Source: Candidatus Poribacteria bacterium
GTDB taxonomy: Bacteria; Poribacteria; WGA-4E; WGA-3G
Direction of reading: 5' to 3'
Length of the DNA: 64,000 nt
Assembly: GCA_965214095.1 (NCBI GenBank)
Contig: OZ243938.1
Span: 1,632,001-1,696,000, forward strand
Shown: positions 10,909-20,770 of the stretch, in pieces
Position numbering within the stretch: position 1 is the stretch's first letter
How the letters are laid out: every line of letters begins with the position of its first letter
Made by a program: the position numbers and the translations under genes
Notes under the pieces: model-generated
What the model saw: only the letters and a program-made list of their open reading frames with translations
Told to the model about the DNA's origin: nothing
Database searches by the model: none

Positions 10909-11220
10909 ATGGCAGAATATTATAAAGTTGCGAATGTAAGTGAAGTGCCTGAAGGCACAAAAAAATTAGTTGAAGTAGACTTCGTTCCCGTGCTACTCTT
11001 TAACATTGAAGGTGAGTACTTTGCAATGGAGGATGTTTGCACACATGATGGTGGACCTCTCGGTGAAGGCTTTTTGGATGGTGAAGAGATAGAATGTCCA
11101 CGTCATGGAGCACGATTTTGTGTTAAAACCGGAAAAGCGCTTTGTATGCCTGCAGTTGAAGACATTGAATGTTTTCCTGTCAAAATTGAAGACGACGAAA
11201 TTTTAGTTAGTATTGACTAA
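10909..11220 (+). CDS. Rieske [2Fe-2S] ferredoxin
   Basis: CTH and CPRHG Rieske motifs. Confidence 0.93.
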   Translation: MAEYYKVANVSEVPEGTKKLVEVDFVPVLLFNIEGEYFAMEDVCTHDGGPLGEGFLDGEEIECPRHGARFCVKTGKALCMPAVEDIECFPVKIEDDEILVSID

Positions 11221-11268
11221 CACTATATTGAAACAGAATTTAATTTACTGCATTTGGAGGAAAGGATA

Positions 11269-11568
11269 ATGGTATCAGAAGAATCTGTATACGAAGCTAT
11301 CAAGGAAATTATTGACCCTGAAATCGGTATTAACATTGTTGACATGGGACTTATCTACGATGTTGACATCAACGAGACTACTGTGGATATTACGATGACC
11401 TTAACAAGTCCTGGATGTCCTGCTGGTGGCCAGCTTGTCAACGGCACGCAGCACGTCACACAGCAGTTGGATGGTGTTGAAGAAGTGAATGTCAGTGTTG
11501 TTTGGACTCCGAGATGGACTCCCGAACTGATGAGTGAAGACGCGAAAGACGAACTCGGAATATTCTGA
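11269..11568 (+). CDS. sufT: DUF59 / SufT metal-sulfur cluster maturation protein
   Basis: DPEIGINIVDMGLIY, MTLTSPGCP, WTPELMSEDAK. Confidence 0.88.
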   Translation: MVSEESVYEAIKEIIDPEIGINIVDMGLIYDVDINETTVDITMTLTSPGCPAGGQLVNGTQHVTQQLDGVEEVNVSVVWTPRWTPELMSEDAKDELGIF

Positions 11569-11586
11569 CAAATTTATGAGGACCTA

Positions 11587-11832
11587 ATGGAATACAAAAT
11601 TCCTCTTGTTCTGACACCGCAACCTGAAGGTGGTTATACAGTAACTTCTCCACTGTTGCCAGAATTGGTTACCGAGGGTGATTCGTTAGACGAGTCTTTA
11701 GAAAACGTCAAAGATGCTTTTCAAGCAGTCATTGAACTCTATCAAGAATTAGGACGTTCATTACCAGAAAATATTCAGATTTCTGATAAGAACAGTCTCA
11801 TGTGGTTCGAAACTGTAGTGTCTGCATCGTGA
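11587..11832 (+). CDS. hicB: HicB-family antitoxin (short form)
   Basis: EGGYTVTSPLLPELVTEGDSLDESLENVKDA. Confidence 0.85.
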   Translation: MEYKIPLVLTPQPEGGYTVTSPLLPELVTEGDSLDESLENVKDAFQAVIELYQELGRSLPENIQISDKNSLMWFETVVSAS

Positions 11833-12041
11833 AATATAGAGAAGTTTCTCAAAAATTAACAACCCTTGGTTGTCAAGAACGGAAGAGAAAAACTGGTGGA
11901 TCACATAGGAAATGGTATAATCCTAATACCCAACAAGGTACTGTTGTTCCTGATTGGGGAAGACGAGATCTGAAATTAGGAACGATTCGTTCTGTTGTCC
12001 GTCAATTGGGAATCAATTGGCAAGATTTCCGAGACGCATAA
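11829..12041 (+). CDS. hicA: HicA-family mRNA interferase toxin
   Basis: GGSHRKW..TVVPD..DLKLGTIRSVVRQLGI; the GTG start overlaps the hicB TGA. Confidence 0.85.
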   Translation: MKYREVSQKLTTLGCQERKRKTGGSHRKWYNPNTQQGTVVPDWGRRDLKLGTIRSVVRQLGINWQDFRDA

Positions 12042-12072
12042 AGAACATAGTTATTTGATAGTCATTTGTGTA

Positions 12073-12459
12073 ATGAATACAGACTGTAATAATCCCAAAC
12101 TACTCAAAAAACATGACAATGTTTTCCAAATAGAATGGAAAGATGGACATGCCAGTTGGTATCCATACCACTATCTCAGGCAAATGTGTCCGTGTGCTGA
12201 ATGTGCCATCATCCGTCATGAAGGAAAGGATGTTCACTCACTCTTTTCACCACAGGGTGACGGAGATATAACACTGATTGAAGTATCAGAGGATATTCAA
12301 CCGATAGATATACAGTTAGTTGGTCGTTACGCACTCCAGTTCAGTTGGGATGACGGACATAATACTGGGATTTATCCGTTTGAAGTCCTGCGTGAGACAT
12401 GTCCGTGCACAGAGTGTGCACCATTACCACCTGAACATATTGAGGAAATACCCAAATAA
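12073..12459 (+). CDS. DUF971 (gamma-butyrobetaine hydroxylase-like N-terminal) protein
   Basis: WKDGH..YLRQMCPCAEC..VGRYALQFSWDDGHNTGIY. Confidence 0.88.
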   Translation: MNTDCNNPKLLKKHDNVFQIEWKDGHASWYPYHYLRQMCPCAECAIIRHEGKDVHSLFSPQGDGDITLIEVSEDIQPIDIQLVGRYALQFSWDDGHNTGIYPFEVLRETCPCTECAPLPPEHIEEIPK

Positions 12460-12794
12460 TGCAGACGAGAACATCACTGCCTGAAATAACGCCACAGGAA
12501 CTAAAACAGAAACTTGATGAAAACGACTCGGTGTTTTTGCTGGATGTGCGTGAACAGAGCGAATACGATATCGTGCACCTTGAAAATGCACAGTTAATCC
12601 CGCTCAATACATTGCCTCAATATATAGACAGGCTCCCACCCGACCAAGAGATTGTTGTCTACTGTCATCATGGACAACGGAGTCTCTACGCAACCGCTTA
12701 TTTGCACCAAAATGGATATACTGAAGCGATGAACCTGATTGGTGGAATTGACCAATGGACAACTGAAATTGATACAACGTTAAGGAGATACTAA
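12459..12794 (+). CDS. Rhodanese-like sulfurtransferase
   Basis: LLDVREQSEY, VYCHHGQRS, LIGGIDQW. Confidence 0.92.
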   Translation: MQTRTSLPEITPQELKQKLDENDSVFLLDVREQSEYDIVHLENAQLIPLNTLPQYIDRLPPDQEIVVYCHHGQRSLYATAYLHQNGYTEAMNLIGGIDQWTTEIDTTLRRY

Positions 12795-12798
12795 TAAT

Positions 12799-12990
12799 AT
12801 GCTCGTAGAATTTGAGAACCGTTCTGGTGAAATGGAACAAGCCGAAATGGAAATCGATGAACCTTGTCCAACATGTTGTGGCATGCTTTTTCCCGCTGTG
12901 GAATCTAAGCCGGAAAGTGGATACCGATGCAGTAGCTGCGGACTCGTCTTCAAAGCTGTAGAGGAAAATACAGAAGAAGTCTCAAAATAA
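12799..12990 (+). CDS. Small zinc-ribbon protein
   Basis: CPTC...CSSC; AGGAG RBS; last gene of the run. Confidence 0.65.
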   Translation: MLVEFENRSGEMEQAEMEIDEPCPTCCGMLFPAVESKPESGYRCSSCGLVFKAVEENTEEVSK

Positions 12991-13011
12991 ACCGAACTTA
13001 CACAGATTTAT

Positions 13012-14100
13012 CTATTCTATCTCTCGGAAATTTGGAACTTCCATTGGCACTCCCCCGCTTGCTATAGATTGTTCCGATACCAGTCCCGGCACAGTGTAAT
13101 CCATGGCAGTATAAACATCAATCGGTGGTTGAGTATCATTCAAGATACAATCAATAAAATCGCGCACTTTGAAATACTCACCGAGGTCACCTACTTCTTG
13201 TGCTTCTGTAGGAGGGTTTATCCAACGTTCAGGTAAGAGATCGTCAAATTGGGATAATGGTCTCCACTGTTCACTTATTCCGAACTCACTTAGCCATATT
13301 TTTGGCGCAGCACCCAACCCACGTGAACTCTCATAACAGCCTTTTGTGCCTTGTAGACTGAAATAGGAATTTGCCGGACGATTGGAAAGCATGTCAATCC
13401 GAATCTTGATTAATCCACCGCTTTCCGTTTTGCACAACATCATCACAGTATCTTCCATCGCATGTTCAGGATCGGTATTGACACCCGTACCGAGGCAGCA
13501 GACACTCACAGCCCGTTCACCAAACCACTGCAGCACAGGACCGAGACTGTGTGTTGCATAGTTGCACCGATTTATCCCTACCTGCCAGTAGTAACGCCAT
13601 GTTGGATTACCACTTTCATCGTGATGAAGAGTTTTGATGTTATGCAAATACTCTCCCTCACCAAAATATAAATCTCCGAACAGTCCTTTTTCCACCATAT
13701 TGCGTATGAGTACATTGTGTTTGGAATAACATGTATTTTCTGCCATCGTATACTTTGCCGAGGACTTACGAACCGCACGAACAAGGTCATAGCACTCGTC
13801 CAACTTGACAGCGGCTGTAACCTCACTGATGACATGTTTCCCCGCATCTAATGCTTCAATTGACTGCGGGACATGCAGATTTTCAGGTGTGGCAAGTACG
13901 ACAAGGTCAACTGCATCTAACATTTCTGTATAATCTGTGAATTGATGTGGAACATTAAATCTTTCTGCAAGGTTTTGAAGTGAAGTCTCATTAACATCGC
14001 AAACAGCAACGACATCTGTTTCGGCTATTGTATCAAATTGGCGAAAATATGAACTTCCTCTGTTTGCACCTACAATTCCCACTTTAAGTTTATTTGACAT
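13012..14100 (-). CDS. Gfo/Idh/MocA-family oxidoreductase
   Basis: KVGIVG, ATPENLH, GKHVISEV; ATG at 14100 follows GGAGG. Confidence 0.9.
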   Translation of the reverse strand: MSNKLKVGIVGANRGSSYFRQFDTIAETDVVAVCDVNETSLQNLAERFNVPHQFTDYTEMLDAVDLVVLATPENLHVPQSIEALDAGKHVISEVTAAVKLDECYDLVRAVRKSSAKYTMAENTCYSKHNVLIRNMVEKGLFGDLYFGEGEYLHNIKTLHHDESGNPTWRYYWQVGINRCNYATHSLGPVLQWFGERAVSVCCLGTGVNTDPEHAMEDTVMMLCKTESGGLIKIRIDMLSNRPANSYFSLQGTKGCYESSRGLGAAPKIWLSEFGISEQWRPLSQFDDLLPERWINPPTEAQEVGDLGEYFKVRDFIDCILNDTQPPIDVYTAMDYTVPGLVSEQSIASGGVPMEVPNFREIE

Positions 14101-14200
14101 GTATGTTCCTCCTAATAGGCAATAGCATAGCACATCGTCAAGAAAATATCAGCAATGTTCCTTGCATAAGTTTGGTGAGATGATATTACCTACACTCTTG

Positions 14201-14229
14201 TTGAAATCTGAAGTCAGACGGTGTATAAT
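14201..14229 (+). promoter_or_regulatory. Sigma70-type promoter
   Basis: TTGAAA-N17-TATAAT upstream of the sugar transferase. Confidence 0.6.
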
Positions 14230-14279
14230 AATAAAGCGTTCAACGACAATCAAATAGTTATGATTTCCGGTTTTCATCT

Positions 14280-15692
14280 ATGAGTAAAAAGACACTTGAC
14301 CATCTATTAATCACTCTCACAATCTTATGCGATCTCTGTTTCATTGCAACTGCAATTGTCATCGCCTATTGGGTACGATTTGAATCAAGTTGGCTTGACG
14401 CGTTGGCATTACATAAAGGTGGCATCCCTCCTTTTAATGACTATCTCCGCCTAATCCCAGTGACAGCGATAATCTGGTTATTGATATTGAAGGGGTTTAA
14501 GTTATACCGTCCAGATGAATATGCTAAGTCATCAGTTTTTTGGAATCTATGTAAAACATCTGTTATTGCCTTAATCGGCACGTTAGCTGCACTCTTTTTT
14601 GTATATCACAATGTTGCATATTCCCGTTGGGTAATGCTGCTTGCCACATGTTTTAACCTTGTTTTCTTATTGACTTGTCGTCTTGTATTTCACCGATTTC
14701 GTCAGGCAATCCAAGCACAAGGTGTCGGTATTAGTCGTGTTGCACTTGTTGGTTGTGATGAACGTAGTATACAATTTATCAATGTTCTAAATTCCAAATC
14801 AAACAGTGGACACAAATTAGTTGGGTTGATTGATGGTGAAGAAGACACAGATATATCTCATACCGAAAGTTCAGATGTAGAGTTACTTGGTAATTGCGAT
14901 GAGATACTTGAGATAGTGATAAAGTGCAAACTTGATATTCTATTTATTACATCTCCAGTAGTTGAAAATCATACAATCTTGCATATCCTTCATGTATGTG
15001 AAGGAATTCCTATTCAGATATATGTTCTACCTGAACTTTCGGAATTCATCAAGGGTGGATCAGCGGTAACAGACTTTGAAGGATTACCTGTACTTGAACT
15101 GCGTGACACACCGATGCAAGGGGTAAGTGGGATCATAAAACGTCTGATAGATATTGTGTTTAGTCTGTTTGCTTTGATAGCATTAAGTCCTCTGATGCTA
15201 ATAATCGCTGTAGCAATACGGCTGGATTCTCCCGGTAAAGCATTTTTTACACAAGAACGTGTCAGTAGAGCGGGTAAACGGTTTGACATCTATAAATTCC
15301 GATCTATGCGTGCAGATGCGGAATATGAGATCGGACATGTGTGGGCAAAAACTGATGATCCACGTCAGACAGATCTTGGCAGGTTTCTAAGACGTTGGAG
15401 TTTGGACGAATTACCTCAATTTCTAAATGTTCTCAAGGGTGATATGAGTCTTGTAGGACCACGTCCTGAGATGTCTGGCTTAATTGATACGTTCCAAGAA
15501 ACAATACCGCACTACCTTGCGCGACAGCGTGTCAAATCCGGTATGACAGGTTGGGCACAAGTTAATGGATTGCGCGGAAATACGCCGCTTGAAGATAGGG
15601 TAAACTACGATCGGTACTATATTGAAAACTGGTCGATCACATTAGACATAAAGATCATTTTGAGAACGGTTTTCGCAATCATAAGAGGATAG
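14280..15692 (+). CDS. Undecaprenyl-phosphate sugar phosphotransferase (WcaJ-like)
   Basis: N-terminal TM helices; KRLIDI, YKFRSM, SLDELPQFLNVLKGDMSLVGPRPE, GMTGWAQVNG. Confidence 0.92.
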   Translation: MSKKTLDHLLITLTILCDLCFIATAIVIAYWVRFESSWLDALALHKGGIPPFNDYLRLIPVTAIIWLLILKGFKLYRPDEYAKSSVFWNLCKTSVIALIGTLAALFFVYHNVAYSRWVMLLATCFNLVFLLTCRLVFHRFRQAIQAQGVGISRVALVGCDERSIQFINVLNSKSNSGHKLVGLIDGEEDTDISHTESSDVELLGNCDEILEIVIKCKLDILFITSPVVENHTILHILHVCEGIPIQIYVLPELSEFIKGGSAVTDFEGLPVLELRDTPMQGVSGIIKRLIDIVFSLFALIALSPLMLIIAVAIRLDSPGKAFFTQERVSRAGKRFDIYKFRSMRADAEYEIGHVWAKTDDPRQTDLGRFLRRWSLDELPQFLNVLKGDMSLVGPRPEMSGLIDTFQETIPHYLARQRVKSGMTGWAQVNGLRGNTPLEDRVNYDRYYIENWSITLDIKIILRTVFAIIRG

Positions 15693-15703
15693 TGTTTATA
15701 CGG

Positions 15704-16756
15704 TTATTCTGAGAAAAAGCGACGAACAAAGTTCCATGCCGCTGCCTTGTAATACCTATGTCCACCATCACCAATGTATAACTCACATTGATCTTCAACA
15801 CCTGCGACGGTGTATATTTCTTTCAGTTTTTCATAAGCAAAATTGACATGATCAATTGGAAAAATGGGATCATCTCGTCCGGCAATTGCACAGAACGGAC
15901 GCGGAGTGATTAACCCTGCAACATCATACATCTCACCCAATCGCATGACACCGGGAACATAGTTACAATCACAATGCCGAATAGTACCGATGCTTCCTTC
16001 AAAAGTGCAATAGTAGCAACTGGGAACTGCGACTGCAATTCGTGTCTCACAAGCAGCTGCAAATAGTGATACAGTGCCTCCGCCAGAATTGCCAGTTATA
16101 GCTATTCTTTCAGCATCTATGGGTAGATTGTCGACTGCCCAATCAATGAGTCGTGACATATCCCACACCCTCTCACCGATGGGAGTCCTTCCAACAAGTA
16201 TGCTATGTACCAATTGATGACGGCAAGAATGTGTAGCATTATTATTTTTGTCCGCATCTGTTCGTGTTTCACCGAATGCACGTGTTGTTGGTGCAATTGC
16301 GATGTAACCTTCCTCAGCAGCAGCTTGCCGTGCAATGTCACGTTCACCTTCAATCATCTCCTTTTCCTCTTTTTCAGAGTGAGCGATTCCTGCGTAGATG
16401 TGAGGGTGGTTATGTCCGTGAGGTGTAAGAATTAGCGGAATATCCCCTTCAATTGTTTTGGGTTTCAATAGGTAAAATGGTAACGGGACTGTCGGTTCCA
16501 CCCACAGATACCAACTTTCTCGAATGTGACTATCCATATCTAAAACTTCCAGTTGTTCTGCTTTAGGGACATAACCGACAAGGTCAGATTCCATGTTGTC
16601 TAATCCGAGGATATTACGGAGTTCAGGACGAAAGTTTGCCTGCCATGCGGTTAATCCTTCGGATGTAGTTTCATTGAATTCATACTTTCTTGGGACAGTA
16701 TCATATAGGGTTTTAAAATGTTTGTCAGCGTTGTACATTACAGTTTCCTCTTCCAC
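15704..16756 (-). CDS. Alpha/beta hydrolase (acetylxylan esterase / dienelactone hydrolase-like)
   Basis: PHGH, GNSGGG nucleophile elbow, D-P-I-F-P, GGHRY. Confidence 0.85.
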   Translation of the reverse strand: MEEETVMYNADKHFKTLYDTVPRKYEFNETTSEGLTAWQANFRPELRNILGLDNMESDLVGYVPKAEQLEVLDMDSHIRESWYLWVEPTVPLPFYLLKPKTIEGDIPLILTPHGHNHPHIYAGIAHSEKEEKEMIEGERDIARQAAAEEGYIAIAPTTRAFGETRTDADKNNNATHSCRHQLVHSILVGRTPIGERVWDMSRLIDWAVDNLPIDAERIAITGNSGGGTVSLFAAACETRIAVAVPSCYYCTFEGSIGTIRHCDCNYVPGVMRLGEMYDVAGLITPRPFCAIAGRDDPIFPIDHVNFAYEKLKEIYTVAGVEDQCELYIGDGGHRYYKAAAWNFVRRFFSE

Positions 16757-16921
16757 GGATAAATAAATAAAATATATAAGATTGATTGTGTGTGATGTTT
16801 TAGATTATATCTTAATTTCCATTTCCTGTGGTGGTTTTTCTGTTTACAGATAGGCATTTCATTGGACATATAACACTATCTCATGTTATTATGTAAAAAA
16901 CTAATTAAGGAGATTACCAAA

Positions 16922-17782
16922 ATGACAAATTCAGTAACTTTTCGTTGCTTGTTCATTCTTATGCTCATAACAGTAGTTGCAATCATTCCTGCATATTCGG
17001 TTGACGTAACTGTTGGCTTGTTGGCAGGCAGTAATAACCTTGGTGAAGTAGAGGAAGCAGCCTACAATTGGGCGGATGACAATTATCCAGCGACAATCCT
17101 TGTAGCAGGTAATGGTGGTACATTCGAAAGCATCGGAGGCGGTGCGAACAAATTAGATCAATATGCTGTGTTATGGTTGTTCTACACAGAAACGAATCAG
17201 TTGCCGGGTCCGTTTGAGGCAGATGCAACTAAGAAGGCAATACTTGATTATGTAGAGTCTGGTGGTGGTTTATTTCTCTCTGCCCTTGGTCTTCGTTATG
17301 TTGTAGACATGGGTGTGGACGATGGTGGAAATGCCCGTGTATTTCAACCCCTGGGTAAAGGACCGCCTGAGATTGGTGTTATGGCAACAGAGGAAGCCAA
17401 GAATCATCCTGTCTATAAAGGATTTGATACTGCCGAACCGATTTTTCTCACGAGCATGGATCAAGCGGGTTTCACAGCAGATTTCATTGATTTCAAAGCA
17501 AAACCACCTGCAGGCAAGATACTCGGTACTAAAACGCGTGGCGGTGGTGCTGGTGCCGGTGAACGTCCATTTGTTGAATATGAGGTTGAGGATGGTAAAA
17601 TCATCACACTTGGACATCATAATGGCGTATATACTGATACGAAGTCCCCAGAAAGCGATAATTTGAGGATGTTGACAACAAATGTCCTCAATTACCTTGG
17701 AGAAAATTCCGCATTCTTTGCTGTTGATCCTAACGGGAAACTGGCAACGACTTGGGGAACAATAAAGTCAGCATTGAAATAA
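16922..17782 (+). CDS. Secreted protein with a class I glutamine amidotransferase-like (DUF4960-like) domain and Poribacteria-type C-terminal tail
   Basis: Signal peptide; AILDYVESGGGLFLS, HPVYKG; tail AVDPNGKLATTWGTIK; AGGAG RBS. Confidence 0.65.
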   Translation: MTNSVTFRCLFILMLITVVAIIPAYSVDVTVGLLAGSNNLGEVEEAAYNWADDNYPATILVAGNGGTFESIGGGANKLDQYAVLWLFYTETNQLPGPFEADATKKAILDYVESGGGLFLSALGLRYVVDMGVDDGGNARVFQPLGKGPPEIGVMATEEAKNHPVYKGFDTAEPIFLTSMDQAGFTADFIDFKAKPPAGKILGTKTRGGGAGAGERPFVEYEVEDGKIITLGHHNGVYTDTKSPESDNLRMLTTNVLNYLGENSAFFAVDPNGKLATTWGTIKSALK

Positions 17783-17808
17783 GTTATTACTAAGATTTAT
17801 GAGTTTGA

Positions 17809-17841
17809 GAACCCATAACATAATACTGTTATGGGTTTTCT
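17809..17841. terminator. Probable bidirectional terminator
   Basis: AACCCATAACA-loop-TGTTATGGGTT hairpin between convergent genes. Confidence 0.65.
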
Positions 17842-17873
17842 ATTCTATAGAAAACGATATTCACAGAACTATC

Positions 17874-18164
17874 TTACAGAATAGGTTCATTGTCAATCTT
17901 TTTTGTAACTGAAGTGTTAAAAGGATTCAGCGTAGAATGGTGCAAAACCCAATATGCTACTGCAACCAACACGCCACCAATTAGTGTTGCGAATAACCAC
18001 ATCGCAGGATTCACCAGGATCGTTGGTCTTACGGTTCTTCGCAATCGCAAAGAATCACTATAGACTGCAAATGCAAAAACCACGCGTACCAGGACAATGA
18101 GTAAAGTAATAACAAATGTCCAGAATGTAATTATATAGTCTGGGATAAAAGCAAGATTGATCAT
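17874..18164 (-). CDS. Small two-TM membrane protein
   Basis: Two hydrophobic segments; GAGG RBS. Confidence 0.65.
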   Translation of the reverse strand: MINLAFIPDYIITFWTFVITLLIVLVRVVFAFAVYSDSLRLRRTVRPTILVNPAMWLFATLIGGVLVAVAYWVLHHSTLNPFNTSVTKKIDNEPIL

Positions 18165-18380
18165 TTTAATTCCTCTAAATTATGATTATTGTTTGTTTAA
18201 TGACACTATTTGAGAATTATTGAATGTTGTGTATATTCTCACATTATAGTAGATTATTGTTCTTTGGACAATGTTTATCTGTAATTAGAATTCAATAACA
18301 TTTGACACTATCATACTCATTTGATAATATACATGTATCAGATTTGAACACGATTTTTTTCTTCAACGGAATGACATATT

Positions 18381-19562
18381 ATGCAAATTTCTGAAATCCA
18401 AAATCTATTATCAACATTAGATATTGAAGCTTGGCTCCTGTACGACTTTCGAGGTATCAATCCTATTTCGCAAAATGTAGCAGGATTTGCCGGGAAAAAC
18501 ATCACCCGTCGTTGGTTCTGTCTGGTACCTAAACAAGGTGAGCCGCGATGGTTAATCCATCGAATAGAAACATCTAACTTTACGGATGTGTCTGGACAGG
18601 TATCTCTATATGCCGGTTGGCAAGAACTAAACGAAGAGATGCCCAAACTTCTCGCTGATATTCAATCGGTCGCGATGGAGTATTCACCCAACGCATCAAT
18701 TCCCTACATTTCTCGTGTAGATGCTGGGACTTTGGAATGGGTTCGTAGTTTTGGCATTGAGATCGTATCATCAGCGGAACTTGCCCAATATATGGAAGCA
18801 CGACTTACCGATGTCCAATATGAAGGACACGTGAAATCTGCCCGACAGATTCTTCAGGTAAAAGATTATGCGTTCACATGGATCGGTAACCAACTAAAGT
18901 CTAACAGCACCATCACTGAATATGATGTTCAACAACAGATTCTCAATCAGTTTGATGAGATGGACTTGGATGCTGATCACCCACCGATTGTTGCTGTCAA
19001 TGCTAACAGTGGCGATCCACATTACGCACCATCTGTAGATAAATCACAACAGATACGTAAGGGTGATTTTATCCTAATTGATTTATGGGCAAAACAGAAG
19101 GAACTGGATGCAGTATTTGCAGATACGACGTGGGTTGCTTATGCGGGTTCTTCCGTGCCAGACAAATATGTGCAGATATTTGAGATTGTTAGAGAAGCAC
19201 GAGACAGAGCAGTTGCGTTCATACGCGAAAGATGGATAGCCAACGAACCGATTCCGGGTTATGCAGTTGATGATTGTGTTCGCGGGCATATCACAGAAAA
19301 AGGATACGGTGAGTATTTTATCCACCGCACGGGACATAACATCGGAACCGTGATCCATGGTAATGGTGTCAATTTAGATAATTTGGAGACACAAGATGCT
19401 CGTGTACTGATTCCGGGTATCTGTTTTTCAATTGAACCTGGTATCTATCTTAGCGATTTCGGCGTGAGGACTGAAATTGACGTCTTTCTAACTGGACCAG
19501 GGAAAGACGGCGTAGTATTGACAACCGCGCCCGTTCAAAATCAGGTATTGCCTCTGCTGTGA
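18381..19562 (+). CDS. M24-family Xaa-Pro aminopeptidase
   Basis: DPHY, LIDLW, ADTT, HRTGHNIG, FSIEPGIY, GVRTE. Confidence 0.92.
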   Translation: MQISEIQNLLSTLDIEAWLLYDFRGINPISQNVAGFAGKNITRRWFCLVPKQGEPRWLIHRIETSNFTDVSGQVSLYAGWQELNEEMPKLLADIQSVAMEYSPNASIPYISRVDAGTLEWVRSFGIEIVSSAELAQYMEARLTDVQYEGHVKSARQILQVKDYAFTWIGNQLKSNSTITEYDVQQQILNQFDEMDLDADHPPIVAVNANSGDPHYAPSVDKSQQIRKGDFILIDLWAKQKELDAVFADTTWVAYAGSSVPDKYVQIFEIVREARDRAVAFIRERWIANEPIPGYAVDDCVRGHITEKGYGEYFIHRTGHNIGTVIHGNGVNLDNLETQDARVLIPGICFSIEPGIYLSDFGVRTEIDVFLTGPGKDGVVLTTAPVQNQVLPLL

Positions 19563-20310
19563 CTTTGTAATTCCGTTCCTTTAGATCCTTTAATATGTGT
19601 GAAAAATATATCCGTGTATTAAGTATCCACTGTTCAGAATAAGCAGTTGCAAGCATTGGCAGTGATATTGATAAACGTGGTGCGTTTAGTAGCCACTGTT
19701 CTGCATATTCTGCGAAGTCAGTTTCAACCAATCCTCTACATCCGAGTGTATAGATAACAAACCGTTTATCTTCACGTTGGTCTTCCCGAACATCTAGTTC
19801 CGTGTTGAGAGACATTCGTCTTTCGCTGTCAATCTCAAATACCCAGAAAAAATAATCTTCGTTGTGTCCAAGATATCCGATTTCAACTTCAAGACGATGG
19901 TGTTGTTCAGTATGGATTGGGTTTGCTGCCATATCACGTTTAATCAATATTGGGTAAAGTGCAGTGAAAAAAATCTGCTCATATCCCATGGGATGTTCAA
20001 CATTGTTGAGAATTTCCAATAGTTTTTGTTGGTCATGCTGTAATCGCAGTTCAAGACAGCATTTTGAAAAAACTTCTTCACGTAGTGCTTGCATTTCTGG
20101 TGGAGCGTCCTCAACAAGGGGTTTGAGTTCCTGTATTAATCTGATGATCCGTCGGCGTTTAGGTGTAATACGCCAGAAACACCAACGGATGATTGCGACA
20201 TAAGTTTCTTTTTCTCGGACTAATGCAAACAGACCTTGCGCGAAGTTTGAAATGCGTTGAAATATGCTTTCAGATGCCAGTCCTCTTTGTTGTCTTGCCA
20301 TAATATGCAA
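19450..20310 (-). CDS. Hypothetical protein
   Basis: 286-aa ORF with no recognised motif; its 3' end overlaps the peptidase 3' end by about 113 bp. Confidence 0.55.
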   Translation of the reverse strand: MHIMARQQRGLASESIFQRISNFAQGLFALVREKETYVAIIRWCFWRITPKRRRIIRLIQELKPLVEDAPPEMQALREEVFSKCCLELRLQHDQQKLLEILNNVEHPMGYEQIFFTALYPILIKRDMAANPIHTEQHHRLEVEIGYLGHNEDYFFWVFEIDSERRMSLNTELDVREDQREDKRFVIYTLGCRGLVETDFAEYAEQWLLNAPRLSISLPMLATAYSEQWILNTRIYFSHILKDLKERNYKVTAEAIPDFERARLSILRRLSLVQLERRQFQSSRRNR

Positions 20311-20559
20311 TACCTTGGAATTACTGAGATAGTTTTTCTATACGATAATGTGCTTTATTTGGTTTTTGTTTCTTGTGTTTCGGGTATAGGTAGTGGTTAG
20401 CGTTATGGATATCCCAACAAACACATGAAACCATCTACGTGGAATTCTTACTAACGACACATAGTCATTATTATCTTGATTGTGAACCATAATAAATAAT
20501 TATACAAGGGGGATTGATGTTTTTTCAAGTTAAACTGTGCGTCATATTGGCTATTTTTT

Positions 20560-20588
20560 TTGACATTTCTCCCCAAATGTGTTATATT
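20560..20588 (+). promoter_or_regulatory. Sigma70 promoter of tRNA-Leu
   Basis: TTGACA-N17-TATATT. Confidence 0.7.
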
Positions 20589-20646
20589 ATTCAAGTATCA
20601 TGGTTTCACAATGATAACTTTATTAGAAGGTTTCAATCCTTCTTGT

Positions 20647-20731
20647 GCCGGAGTGGTGAAATCGGTAGACGCACTGGATTCAAAATCCAGCGGACCCTAG
20701 GTCCATGTCGGTTCGAGTCCGACCTCCGGCA
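20647..20731 (+). tRNA. tRNA-Leu (CAA), no encoded CCA
   Basis: Acceptor stem GCCGGAG/CTCCGGC; D-loop GGTAGAC; anticodon arm CTGGA-TTCAAAA-TCCAG; long variable arm; GGTTCGAGTCC. Confidence 0.96.
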
Positions 20732-20735
20732 TACT

Positions 20736-20764
20736 GCGATGGTTTCTTAAACCATCGCTTTTTT
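20736..20764 (+). terminator. Rho-independent terminator after the tRNA
   Basis: GCGATGGTTT/AAACCATCGC stem followed by a T-tract. Confidence 0.8.
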
Positions 20765-20770
20765 GTTGTC

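Noticed and set aside
20647-20731. tRNA as an integration site for an island or prophage
   Set aside because: I saw no integrase and no duplicated tRNA 3' end in the window.
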